NCBI GenBank assembly: GCA_964016885.1
Contig: OZ024763.1
Span: forward strand, 28,210,001-28,274,000
From: Eledone cirrhosa
Lineage: Eukaryota
Direction: 5' to 3'
DNA: 64,000 nt
In this document: positions 12,025-25,186 of the stretch, piece after piece
Numbering within the stretch: position 1 is the stretch's first letter
Layout of the letters: every line of letters starts with the position of its first letter
The notes under the pieces: generated by a model
Database searches by the model: none
Seen by the model: the letters and a program-made list of their open reading frames with translations, nothing else
Told to the model about the DNA's origin: nothing
Made by a program: the position numbers and the translations under genes

Positions 12025-12101
12025 GTCCCCAAAAATGTATACATACTTCAACATCATTCTAATCAAAGTGTGTATACATTCTTTGGGACAACAAGTATGT
12101 G

Positions 12102-12161
<60 letters not shown>

Positions 12162-12233
12162 GTCCCCAAAAATGTATACATACTTCAACATCATTCTAAT
12201 CAAAGTGTGTATACATTCTTTGGGACAACAAGT
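12020..12233 (+). mobile_element. Two identical copies of the ~75-bp MITE separated by (TA)n
   Basis: AGGTGTCCCCAAAAATGTATACATAC..GTGTATACATTCTTTGGGACAAC at 12020 and 12157. Confidence 0.75.
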
Positions 12234-12239
12234 ATGTGC

Positions 12240-12291
<52 letters not shown>

Positions 12292-12385
12292 ATTCACACA
12301 CACAATGTGACACATACTTGCGTATGTACATACATATATATATACGTGCGTACTTACATCTCTATATGCATACGTGCGTGTTTGT

Positions 12386-12482
<97 letters not shown>

Positions 12483-12495
12483 TATATATATATCA

Positions 12496-12499
12496 AATT

Positions 12500-12537
<38 letters not shown>

Positions 12538-12541
12538 TTTG

Positions 12542-12575
<34 letters not shown>

Positions 12576-12975
12576 TTTGATATATATATATATATATTTA
12601 ATTTGATATATATATATATTTAATTTGATATATATATATATATATATATATTTTTAATTTGATATATATATATATATATATTTAATTTGATATATATATA
12701 TATATATATATATATTTAATTTGATATATATATATATATACATATAATTTGATATATATATATATATATATACATATAATTTGATATATATATATATACA
12801 TATAATTTGATAAATATATATATATATATATATATATATTTAATTTGATATATATATATATTTAATTTGATATATATATATATTTAATTTGATATATATA
12901 TATTTAATTTGATAAATATATATATATATATATATATATATTTAATTTGATATATATATATATATATTTAATTTG
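12496..12975. repeat. (TA)n array punctuated by TAATTTGA
   Basis: Variable-length TA runs with a fixed spacer. Confidence 0.9.
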
Positions 12976-12976
12976 T

Positions 12977-13021
<45 letters not shown>

Positions 13022-13472
13022 TAATTATACATATATATATAGCGTTACAGATACATAGGCATGTTTGTGCATACATGCGTACACATTCATACACAGTTAC
13101 ACATGTACCCGTCCTGTAATTACGTTGTACTGGGAAAAGAATCTGCAGATTACATTGAAGTGAGGCTGACGGAGGATTCTGGTTTGTTTTTCTTGCACTA
13201 ATCCCCACACTCCACTCACCCCACACTTCACTTCACTTCACTCCACTCCAACCCCCAGCTCTTCACACTTCACTCAGAATCGTAACCTTAACTGTTGACT
13301 CTGTTGTTGTTGGGTTGCTGTTTTTTTTTTCTACATTTTTTTTTTCTTTATCTGAACAACAGCTACGCCGTCATCTTAACGCCATGTTCATGTGGGACCT
13401 CTATTGTACATGTTTCTGTCTCTCTGGTCTGTCTGTCTGTCTGTCTGATGAGAATACTTACTGTTGAGACTG

Positions 13473-13511
<39 letters not shown>

Positions 13512-13642
13512 ATAAATGCTCTGAAATAGCGATATATATGTGAATATAGACATAGAATATTCGAAAATATTCTGTATGTTTATAATAAACATTTTGAAGA
13601 CCTAATCGCTATAGAATAGAATACGTCACGTATTACAATTAG

Positions 13643-13732
13643 ATTCTCGATAAAAGCAAGGGAAGTAAATCTACGCGTTTCATTCTTATTAGAAATCGTC
13701 AGGACTACATATCCAGTGCTTTTATCGAGAAT
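13643..13732 (-). ncRNA. Type I hammerhead ribozyme, family C, minus-strand copy
   Basis: Exact reverse complement of 14115-14204. Confidence 0.82.
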
Positions 13733-14114
13733 GACACAGCTAGAGACTTATAGAATACTTAGCTGTGTACAGGAACTGGTTTGAAAGAGCGGTTGCCGGT
13801 CCGGCAGAAATTAGAAATTGGAATAAATGCTCTGAAATAGCGATATATATGTGAATATAGACATAGAATATTCGAAAATATTCTGTATGTTTATAATAAA
13901 CATTTTGAAGACCTAATCGCTATAGAATAGAATACGTCACGTTTTTTTTATTATAAACATACAGAATATTTTCGAATATTCTATGTCTATATTCACATAT
14001 ATATCGCTATTTCAGAGCATTTATTCCAATTTCTAATTTCTGCCGGACCGGCAACCGCTCTTTCAAACCAGTTCCTGTACACAGCTAAGTATTCTATAAG
14101 TCTCTAGCTGTGTC

Positions 14115-14204
14115 ATTCTCGATAAAAGCACTGGATATGTAGTCCTGACGATTTCTAATAAGAATGAAACGCGTAGATTTACTTCCCTTGCTTTTATCGA
14201 GAAT
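14115..14204 (+). ncRNA. Type I hammerhead ribozyme, family C, with extended stem I
   Basis: GTAGTC-CTGACGA(14145-14151)-T-TTCT-AATA-AGAA-T-GAAA-CGCG-TA(14175)-GATTTAC; distal 16-bp helix ATTCTCGATAAAAGCA/TGCTTTTATCGAGAAT; palindromic stem III ACGCGT. Confidence 0.85.
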
Positions 14205-14381
14205 CTAATTGTAATACGTGACGTATTCTATTCTATAGCGATTAGGTCTTCAAAATGTTTATTATAAACATACAGAATATTTTCGAATATTCTATGTCTA
14301 TATTCATATATATATATATATATATATAATCACCAGTCTCAACAGTAAGTATTCTAAACACAACTACGTATACACACCTAC

Positions 14382-14415
<34 letters not shown>

Positions 14416-14625
14416 GTAGATCTGTATGCGTAGTTGTGTTTAGTCTAAAGACATGCTTGCTCCATTATTCCCCGTGGAAAGATGTTTTTACATTTCCTCT
14501 GTCGATGGAAAGTTGTTTATTTAAATAAGATAAAAAGAAGTGAGTTTAGTGTTGGTGGGGCGTGGAGGATGGGTGCATAATTAAATAGGACGACGATGAC
14601 GATGATGATGATGATGACAAAAAAT

Positions 14626-15017
14626 GATAATTGTTTCTAATTTAGGCACAAGGCCAGAAATTATATTTTTTCGTGGGGAGGGGAAAGTTGATTAAGTCGA
14701 AATCCCCCAGTGCATTACTGGTACTGTATTTTATAGACCACATAAGGATGAAAGTTATATCTAAGCTCGGCAGGATTTGGACTACATTTTGGAATGTAAA
14801 GGGTCATAACTCTACGCTGCAAAGCGTATTGTCTGACCCTAGCGATACTGCCGATCCAAATAATACTATTAACGATAATTGTTTCAACTTTTGGCACAAG
14901 GCCAGCAATTACACCAGTGAATTACTGGTACTTTCTTTTATCGGCCCCCCGTAAGGATGAAAGGCAAAGTTAACCTCGGCAGGATTGGAACTCAGAACGT
15001 AAAGGGGCGTAACTCTA
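14626..15017 (-). mobile_element. Two Meta-domain SINE copies, minus strand
   Basis: TACTGGTACT..TTTAT..CC.TAAGGATGAAAG and GGATTGGAACTC reverse-complement motifs. Confidence 0.8.
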
Positions 15018-15029
15018 GGCCACGAAGAA

Positions 15030-15876
15030 GTGTAGAGCGCCGGACAACATGCCTTACAGCATACAGATACGACTCTTTACGATCTGAGTTCAGAATCCTG
15101 CAGAGGTTAACTTTACCTTTCATCCTTACGGGGCCGATAAAACACAGTACCAGTAATGCACTGGAGTAATTGCTAGCCTTGTGCCAAAGGTAGAAATAAT
15201 TATTCATTATACACACTATATATACACTATATATACACTATATATACACCGTATATATACACTGTATATTTAATCAACATTCCCCTCCTCCAAAATTGCT
15301 GGCCTTGCGCCAAAGGTAGAAATAATTATTCATTATACACACTATATACACACTTTATATACACTATATATACACCGTATATACACTGTATATTTAATCA
15401 ACATTCCCCTCCTCCAAAATTGCTGGTCTATAGTAGGAGTCATTATTTGTGTGTGGGCGGTGGATTGGCAGTATCGGTAGAGGGTCGGACGCCATGCTTT
15501 GACGCATAGAGTTACGGCCCTTGCCATTCTGAGTTCAAATCCCACTTAGGCTAACTTAGCCTTTCATCCTTACAGGGGTTGATAACATAAATTACCAGTA
15601 ACATACTGGGGTCGATTTAACCGACTTTCCTCTCCCCCAAAATTACTGGCCTTGTGCCTTGCCTATATAAGAAACCAAGGGCAACAGTGGATTGGCAGTA
15701 TCAGTAGAGGGTCGGACGCCATGCTTTGACGCATAGAGTTACGGCCCTTGCCATTCTGAGTTCAAATCCCGCCGAGGTTAACTTTGCCTTTCATCCCTTA
15801 CGGGGTCGATAAAATAAAGTACCAGTAATACACTGGGATAATTGCTGGTCTTGTGCCAAAAGTAGAAACAATTATT

Positions 15877-15877
<1 letters not shown>
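15030..15877 (+). mobile_element. Cluster of three Meta-domain SINE copies plus duplicated tail fragments
   Basis: Heads at about 15030, 15456 and 15687 with B-boxes GAGTTCA(A/G)ATCC and the Meta-like core. Confidence 0.8.
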
Positions 15878-15930
<53 letters not shown>

Positions 15931-16438
15931 TGTGTGTGTGTGTGTGTGAATATATATATATGTACTCAGACATTGTTTAACGATAGCATGCAATAGAGTA
16001 AGTCTGGATAAATATTTATAGAACAATGGTGATGACGATGATGATGATGATGGTGATGATGGTGATGGTGATGATGGTGATGATGGTGATGATGGTGATG
16101 ATGGTGATGATGATGATGATGATGGTGATGGCTAGATTGTGAAGCGTTAATCGATGAACTTGCTGAAAGGTGAAAAGACCAGATGTTGTGGGTGGTGGTG
16201 GTTGTGGGGGTTTGGATGTGTGTGTGTGTGTGTGTGTGTCAGTTTGTATGTCCATGTATGTTTGTATTTTTTTTGTGTTTGTATATGTATGTGTTTTTAT
16301 TTGGTGTGTTTGTGTGTATGCACGTGTGTTTGCGTGTATGTGTGATTGTGTGTGTATTTGTATTTTTGTGTTTGCCTGTATATATATTCGTGCGCTTGTG
16401 TGTATATGAGTGTGCGAATGTGTATATGTTTGTGTGTG

Positions 16439-16469
<31 letters not shown>

Positions 16470-16887
16470 AGATATAAATATATGTGTGTGTGTGTAGATA
16501 TAAATATATGTGTGTGTGTGTAGATATAAATATGTGTGTGTATAGATATAAATATGTGTATGTGTTTGTGTGTGTGTATATATGTGTGTGTCTATAGATA
16601 TATGTAGGTGTGTGTACATTATCAGACTAAAGCCAAGAGACTGTGTGTATATATATAATATGTGTATGTGTATATATATAATGTGTATGTGTATATATAT
16701 ATGTGTGTGTATGTATAGATATGTGTATATGTTTGTGTGTATGTGTTTTTGTATATATATATATATATGTGTGTGTGTGTATAGATATGTGCATATGTGT
16801 GTGTGTGTATAGATATGTGCATATGTGTGTGTATCTGTTTGTGTATATATGTGTGTGCCTGTGTGTGTGTGTATAGATGTGTGTGTG

Positions 16888-16919
<32 letters not shown>

Positions 16920-18091
16920 CCTAAGTGTATGTATGTGTACATTGCCAGGCTAAAGTCGAGAGACTTTTGTGAAGCGGAGACAGTGAATGTATAAGAGTGG
17001 AACAATAGAGGAAAATGGCGAGATGTGGTTAAAAATTGGACAAAGAATGAAATGTGATGTGTGGTTAGTGGTTAAAGACTAAACAATGGTGGTAACGGAT
17101 GTGTGGTGGTGGTGGTGGTGGTGGTCTGTTGTGATGGTGGTGGTCTGTTGTGGTGGTGGTCTGTTGTGGTGGTGGTGGTCTGTTGTGATTGCTGTGGTGG
17201 TGGTGGTGGTCTGTTGTGATGGTGGTGGTCTGTTGTGGTGGTGGTGGTCTGTTGTGATTGCTGTGGTGGTGGTGGTCTGTTGTGATGGTGGTGGTCTGTT
17301 GTGGTGGTGGTGGTGGTGGTTCTTGTGATTGTTGTGGTGGCGGTGGTGGTTGTTGCGTTTTTATGGAAGTGGTGTTAGTGGTGGTTGTGACAGTGGTTTT
17401 GGTGAAGGTGGTGATAGTTGTGGTTGTGTTGTTGTACTGGTGATGGTGCTTCTCATGGTGATGATGATGGTGGTGGTAGTGTTGATGGTGTAGCTTGTAG
17501 GTTTGGTGCTTTGTGTTGGGTCAGGCAAAAGAGAGAGAGAGAGAGACATAGGGAGAGTATGAGTGGACGAGAGAGAGAGAGAGGAGGGGCAGTGAGTGGA
17601 CAAGGGAGAGAGGGAGTGGACGAAAGAGAGAGAGGTTGCTGGGATATTAGCTATGGCTGGAGACACTAGGAAGGTGAAATAGGGTCTTTTAAAAATATTG
17701 AGTGTCTAGTAGCTCTAGGGTGGTGTCGGGTGGTGGGTAGCAGTGTGGTGGTGGTGGGTTTCGTTTTAAAAGGCTAGATTGATTTGGAAGATAGAAGAGA
17801 GGAAGACTAAAAAAAAAAAAATAATAAATGACAGAAGTATTTTATCGATTATGAAATTGAACAAAAACCTTCAACATGGAAGGGGCGGGGAGAAATATTG
17901 GCTAAACTATTTTAGAACAAGAGAAATATGTAGAGAATTGCTTACGATTACGTTTTATGTGGAATGGACCTACGTCAATTTCGACGATGGTTGTTACAGT
18001 TCCTCCCTACTATAATGAAAGGAGGGGAATACAAATGTAATGTTAGTATACCGGTGTAACACTTGATAAGTTAGAAATAGCTAAAATAGAG

Positions 18092-18123
18092 TCTTAACGT
18101 TTCGGACAGTACTACTTCATCGC
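18092..18123 (-). ncRNA. Decayed hammerhead related to family B
   Basis: Reverse complement: GCGATGA-AG-TAGTAC-TGTCC-GAAAC-GTT-AAGA; shares GTCCGAAACGTTAAGA with 30975-30990. Confidence 0.45.
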
Positions 18124-18173
18124 ATGTTTGACAGGAGAGTAAGTGCATGGCATCGATAGTCAATTATTACGAA

Positions 18174-18228
<55 letters not shown>

Positions 18229-18280
18229 CTCTAGTAAATGTTCCAGCCGACATTTGTGATTGTATGTATGCGTGTGTATT

Positions 18281-18312
<32 letters not shown>

Positions 18313-18800
18313 CACAAATACACACATATATATATATATATATACACACGTACGTTTGTGTGTATATATATACATATATATATATGTGTGTGTGTTGAGA
18401 GAAAAAGGTCGATCTCAGTAATTTCCCTTCTCCCTTTGTCTAACATGGATATAAAAAAGACACACACACACACATATAAGGACAAGTTTGCGTTGAGACG
18501 AGGTGAGCTGAGATTCCAATGGCGTGGAGTAGCCTGGTACGATTTGGTGTGGTGTGGCACAGCATGGCACGATGTGACATGGCTTGTCACGCCACGGTGT
18601 GGCGTAGTAGGATTCGAAGTCGTGACCCTTTCGTGGGTCACTAGTCTAGCACCTTTATCATCTTGGCTAAACAGTCGCTGTGGCTCTTGGGATTCGTGAA
18701 GACTATTTTCCCCCTTCATATATACTGTACATTGCATTTACACACAGAGTACGCTTCAATAAGCCAGTAGCTAGCTCACGTGTGTACGCCGGGGAATATT

Positions 18801-18853
<53 letters not shown>

Positions 18854-19479
18854 GTATATATATATTTATGTATATATATATTTATGTATGTAATGTGGGG
18901 ATATGTTTAGGTGTGTGTATGTATAATCTGGAGGAATATTTATGTGTATGTGTGTGGGGATATATCTATATATATATTTCCTGATTTATTATATATATAT
19001 GTGTGTGGGTATGTGTGTGTGTGTGGATGTATATGTGTGTGTTTGTGTGTATAATATATATATGTGTGTGTTTGTGTGTATAATATATATGTGTGTGGAT
19101 ATATTTGTGTGTTTGTGTGGATATATATGTATATATGAATGTGTGGATATATATGTGTGTTTGTGTGTGTATAATGAGGGGGGAATATTTGAGTGTATGT
19201 ATATATATATATATATATATAATGTGGGGGTATATATATATAATTATGGCCCCTCTCTCTCTCCCTCAACCCCTCTCTCTCTCCCTCAACCCCTCTCTCT
19301 ATCTCTCCCTCAACCTCTCTCTCTATTTCTCCCTCAACCTCTCTCTCTATTCTCCCTCAACCTCTCTCTCTATTTCTCCCTCAACCTCTCTCTCTATCTC
19401 TCCCTCAACCTCTCTCTCTCCCTCAACCTCTCTCTCTCCCTCAACCTCTTTCTCACTTCCTCAACCTCTTTCTCACTCA

Positions 19480-19514
<35 letters not shown>

Positions 19515-21069
19515 GTAATCCTTCTCATTGTCATCCCACTCTATATATCTCTATCAATCTTCTCTTTCTCTCTCTATCCTCCTCCCCTTTCTCTCTCTAT
19601 CCTCCTCCTCCTCCTCTCTCTATCCTTCTCCTCTTTCTCTCTCTATCCTTCTCCCCTTTCTCTCTCTATCCTCCTCCCCTTTCTCTCTATCCTTCTCCCC
19701 TCTCTATCCTCGTCTTCTTCACTATCCGCCTAATCCTCTCTTTCTATGTATCTCTACCCCATCATCCTCATCTACACTATATCTAACCCACCCCCCCATA
19801 TGTACCTCCCCCCACATCCACCATCCCCACTCCTTCCCTCTACCTCCCCCACTCCCTCCCTCTACCTCCCCCACTCCCCATCATACCCAGTCTTACACAT
19901 AATTGAACATGTCTACATTTCTGTCTTTCCTCGTTTTTTTTTTTTTTTTAGTGTCTTTCTTGTTCGACTCCTGTCTGTGGAGAATATGGAAGGGTAATCA
20001 TGTGTGTGTGTATATGTAGATATATATGTGTGTGTGTGTGTGTTCATATGTGTATGGATACACGTGTGTGTGTGTATATATATGTGTGTGTGTTTATATG
20101 TGTGTGTGTGTGTGTGTTTATATGTCTGTGTATATGTATGGATATACGTGTGTGTGTATATATATGTATATATATATGTATATATATATAGATGTGTGTG
20201 TATATATATATATTTACATACACACATACATATATATGTAAGTGTATGTACGTATGTATGTATGTATGTATATATATATATATTTACATACACACATACA
20301 TATGTAAGTGTATAATTGTATATATGTATATATATATATATATATACATATATGCATAAATCTGTAAGTATACATATATATATATTAGTCTTTATATATG
20401 TCTGTGTGTACGTGAGCGCCCGTTTTCGGTTAATAAACAAGGGCTTAAGCGACATACTTAGTTCCAACCACCACTTCGCCTGCTTCCACCATCCATCCTC
20501 CCCGGCCCCTTGTCCCCATTCCTTCCGCTCTTCCATTCTACGAACCTACCCATATAGACATACATCACAACACAAGCATCGTTTCGCATCGCACACACAT
20601 ACGTGTGTAGAAACACTACACCACATCACACCACACCACATCACACCACACTACACGACCCCACGCCACATAAAACGACCCCACATCACATCACATCACA
20701 CCACGCCACGCCACACCACACTACACATCACATCACACGACCCCACATTACATCACACGACCCCACATCACATCACACGAGCCCCACACCACATAACACG
20801 ACCCCACACCACATTACACCAGGCTACACGACACCACACTACAAAACGACCCCACACCACATTACATCTAGCTACACGACCCACATCACATCGCATCACA
20901 TCACATTACATAACAACACTATATTACAACATATTACGCTGCACGACTCCACTCCACACTATATCACATCAGATGACACCACACCACATGACACATACAC
21001 ATACATACACACATACACACATACACACATACACACATACACGCATACATATATATAGATAGATATATA

Positions 21070-21142
21070 CAGGGTTTCCCCCCAAAATGTACACACTTCA
21101 ACATCATTCTAATAAACATGTGTATATATTTTTGGGACACCC

Positions 21143-21144
<2 letters not shown>
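21070..21144 (+). mobile_element. ~75-bp Tc1/mariner-type MITE
   Basis: TA-CAGGGTTTCCCCCCAAAATGTACAC..GTGTATATATTTTTGGGACACCCTG. Confidence 0.75.
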
Positions 21145-21175
<31 letters not shown>

Positions 21176-21176
<1 letters not shown>

Positions 21177-21368
21177 ACGGAAATGTGGTAAGGAACCCGA
21201 TGGACCATAACGCACCAGAGTACTCAATACTTAGGGTAGTAGAGTGGGTAATAGGAAAATGTATGACCCCGGCGGCAGAGCTCAAGCCGTTTCGACGGCT
21301 ATTTCTGGGTCCAGAAATAGCCGTCGATACGGCTTCGGCTCTGCCGTCGGGGTCATACATTTTCCTAT
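21176..21368. mobile_element. Family D insert in (TA)n with a ~57-bp-arm fold-back carrying hammerhead 3' halves
   Basis: Arms 21251-21307 and 21312-21368; tail 21176-21250 recurs at 46781 and 47021; GA(A/T)AC-GGC-N9-GCC-G(T/C)C-GGGGTC on both strands. Confidence 0.6.
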
Positions 21369-21619
21369 ATTTATATATATACACACGCACACACACATAT
21401 ATGTATATATATATATATACACACACATATATATATACATATATATGTATATATATATAACCATATATATGTATGCACACACACACATAGCCGTACACTT
21501 CTGCAATGCAATTCTCCGCCTAGCAATGTGAAGCGTGTTAGTCTTCCCTTTTCTTCCATCTCCTGTCCAACCAGCCAGCCAACTATCTCTACACCTCCCA
21601 TACCCCCCGTCACAGTTAA

Positions 21620-21651
<32 letters not shown>

Positions 21652-21665
21652 GTCCCTGGCTATGC

Positions 21666-21745
<80 letters not shown>

Positions 21746-21960
21746 CTTATATATATATCTGACCTTGTCTGGATCTCTCTGTCATCTCATTTCTGGATCT
21801 CTCTCTCTCTCTCCCTCTCTCTCCCTCTCTCCCTCTCCCTCTCTCTCTCTCCCTCTCTCTCCTCCATCCCTCTCTCTCTCTCTATCTCCCTCTCTCTCTC
21901 CCTCTCTCCCCCTCTCTCTCTCCCTCTCTCTCCCTCTCTCTCTCCCTCTCTCTCTCTGAC

Positions 21961-22170
21961 TCTGAGTTTATCTTCCTCTTTCTGTTTATATCTCTCTTCT
22001 CTCCCTATATCTCTCTCTCTGAGTTTATCTTCCTCTTTCTGTTTATATCTCTCTTCTCTCCCTATATCTCTCTCTGAGTTTATCTTCCTCTTTCTGTTTA
22101 TATCTCTCTTCTCTCCCTATATCTCTCTCTGAGTTTATCTTCCTCTTTCTGTTTATATCTCTCTTATCTC
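21961..22170. repeat. ~55-57-bp CT-rich minisatellite, 4 copies
   Basis: TCTGAGTTTATCTTCC at about 21961, 22018, 22073 and 22128. Confidence 0.85.
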
Positions 22171-22332
22171 CCTCTATCTCTCTCTCTCTCTCCCTCTCCC
22201 TCCCTCTCTCTCTCCCTCTCCCTCCCTCTCCCTCTCTCTACCTCTCCCTCTCCCTATTTCCCTCTCTCTCTCTATCTCCCTTCCACCCCCTACCACTGTC
22301 GCCAACACATTACTATTATTATTATTATAGAA

Positions 22333-22528
22333 GGCGGTGGATTAGCAGTATCGGTAGAGGGTCGGACGCCATGCTTTCCAGCATAGTTACGTCCCTTTAC
22401 GATCTGAGTTCAAATCCCGCCGAGATTGACTTTGCCTTTCATCCTTACGGGGTCGATAAAATAAAGTACCAGTAATGCACTGGGTAATTGCTGGCCTTGT
22501 GCCTAAAGTAGAAACAATTATTATTATT
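22333..22528 (+). mobile_element. Meta-domain tRNA SINE inserted in (ATT)n
   Basis: GGCGGTGGATTAGCAGTATCGG..GAGTTCAAATCC..GCCTTTCATCCTTACGGGGTCGATAAAATAAAGTACC..(ATT)n. Confidence 0.85.
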
Positions 22529-22664
22529 ATATATATTTTGAGAAAAAACCCCTAATAAAGATGTTACATAGCTCCACTTCAAATAGCGATGCTAAATTAT
22601 CATGTTCTTGATGTTGTTGTTGTTGTGTTTGCCTGACAGCCATTTTGTTTCTACCCCTCCACGC

Positions 22665-22718
<54 letters not shown>

Positions 22719-22783
22719 TCTCTCTCTCTCTCTCTCTCTCTCTTCACTCACTTCACTCACATCACTCACTCACTCACACTCAC

Positions 22784-22835
<52 letters not shown>

Positions 22836-22896
22836 TATCTCTCTATCTATCTCTCTCTCTCTTTCACTCTCTCTCTCTCTCTCACTCTCTCTCTCT

Positions 22897-22944
<48 letters not shown>

Positions 22945-24012
22945 TCTCTCTCTACTCTCTCTCTCTCTCTATATACACACACAGTAACTCCGCGTTACAC
23001 TCATTGGATATATATATGAATGTATATTAATGTATAGGTGTATGTAGATATATGCGTGTCTATATCTACATATATATATATATATATTACAGGAGAAGGG
23101 ATAGACATGTATATATATATAGCTGTCTCTGTGTCTCTCCTTTTTGACCCCCACCTCATACCCTCCTCTCCCTCTACCCACACCTGACTCTCAATTGTCA
23201 CAGTTGTCACCATACCTTGTCTCGTCATCGTCATCACTATCAAACAAACGGTTGGTGACGCACTGTGCTGCCCCCCCATCCTCCCCACCACTACCAATGT
23301 CACCAACGCCACTACCATTCGCACCACCGCCACTACCATTCGCATCACCACCACCACCAACATCACTATCAGTACCACCACCAACATCACAATGAACAAC
23401 ACCACCACCACCACCACCATCAATAACACCACCACTACCATCAACGCCATCAATGGCTCCAACACAACACCATCATCAATACCACCACCACCACCACTAC
23501 TATCTGCACTAAAAAGCACCACCGACAACAACAATTGCACCATCACCACCATTACCCTCAGCATCAATACCATCACCATCACCAGCATCATCAGCACCAC
23601 TACCCCCAACATCACTACCACTACCACTGTCACTATCATCACTACCATCAATGCCATCACCACCACTAGCATCACCATCAGTACACCTACCATCACCACC
23701 ACCACCACCACCATCACCACCACCACCACCATTACCACCACCACCACCACCACCATTACCACCACCACCACCACCACCACCACCACCACCACCATCACCA
23801 CCACCACCACCACTGTTATCTTACCATTCCTGTACTTTGCCTCAAGTCAAAAGCTGTCATTGCATTAAAGTCTTAAGAACAACTGTCTCTCTGTCTATGT
23901 GTGTGTGTGTGTGTGTGTGTGTGCTTATGGATGTTTGTTATATATCTATGTGTGTATGTGTATATATATGTATGTATATATATATGTATGTGTGTATGTA
24001 TGTATGTGTGTA

Positions 24013-24045
<33 letters not shown>

Positions 24046-24066
24046 GAGTGTGTATGTATGTGTGTA

Positions 24067-24099
<33 letters not shown>

Positions 24100-24268
24100 G
24101 TGAGTGTGTGTATGTATGTGTGTATATATATGTATATGTGTGTGTGTATGTATATATATATATATATATATGTGTGTGTATGTATGTGTATATATATGTA
24201 TATGTGTGTGTATGTATATATATATATATATGTGAGTGTGTGTATGTATGTGTGTATATATATGTATA

Positions 24269-24299
<31 letters not shown>

Positions 24300-24386
24300 G
24301 TGTGTATGTTGTGTATACGAATGTCGGTAAATAAAGTTCAATCCGTCTGTCTGTCGCTTACATAACTCGCATCTGTGAGTGTAGAC

Positions 24387-24424
<38 letters not shown>

Positions 24425-24482
24425 CTGTATAGACGTGTGTATATATATATACTGTATATATATAACTGTATAGACATGTATG

Positions 24483-24524
<42 letters not shown>

Positions 24525-24755
24525 AGTATAGACGTGTATATATATATATATGCCAGTATAGACGTGTATATATATATATATATGACTGTATAGACATGTA
24601 TGTGTATATATAGAAATGCGTCCTGTGTATGTATCGATATTACACCATTCTCTAAAAATCTATCAACATACCTATCTATTATATATACTATATATATATA
24701 TATATATAATATATGTATGTATATATATATATATATATATCTCCCTCTATATATA

Positions 24756-24789
24756 TACTGTACCGATTTTGTTGTTATTTCTGTTTACC

Positions 24790-24795
<6 letters not shown>
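24756..24795 (+). mobile_element. Isolated 3' terminus of family B element
   Basis: TACTGTACCGATTTTGTTGTTATTTCTGTTTACCTTTTAC, between (TA)n and (CA)n. Confidence 0.65.
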
Positions 24796-24850
<55 letters not shown>

Positions 24851-24951
24851 TGTGTGTGTTTGTACTATTTATGTGTGTGAATGTCTGTCGACGAATATAA
24901 GGTCTTACCGCCATCACCACGCACACCATTTCATCTCTCTCTCTATCTCTG

Positions 24952-25043
<92 letters not shown>

Positions 25044-25143
25044 AGACAGACATTCTCCAGCAATATTAACCGTTCCTGATACTTCAAATTTGTATATATA
25101 ACCCCATATTGAGTTATACGGCTCCCCCTCTCACTCTTCTACC

Positions 25144-25186
<43 letters not shown>

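Larger units (their letters stand above)
13506..14306. mobile_element. Retrozyme-like insert: 311-nt HHR-bearing unit, ~1.4 copies on the minus strand plus ~1.16 copies on the plus strand
   Basis: 13506-13631 = 13817-13942 (period 311); 13947-13995 = 14258-14306 (period 311); 13541-13900 is the reverse complement of 13947-14306; non-coding; (TA)n on both sides. Confidence 0.75.

Noticed and set aside
13445-13475. CTGATGA just left of the 27-bp inverted repeat as another hammerhead
   Set aside because: No stem II and no GAAA; the same applies to CTGATGA at 29049, CTGACGA at 44945 and CTGAAGA at 52574
23001-23868. Mucin-like Thr-rich and Val-rich ORFs
   Set aside because: (CAC)n low-complexity tract
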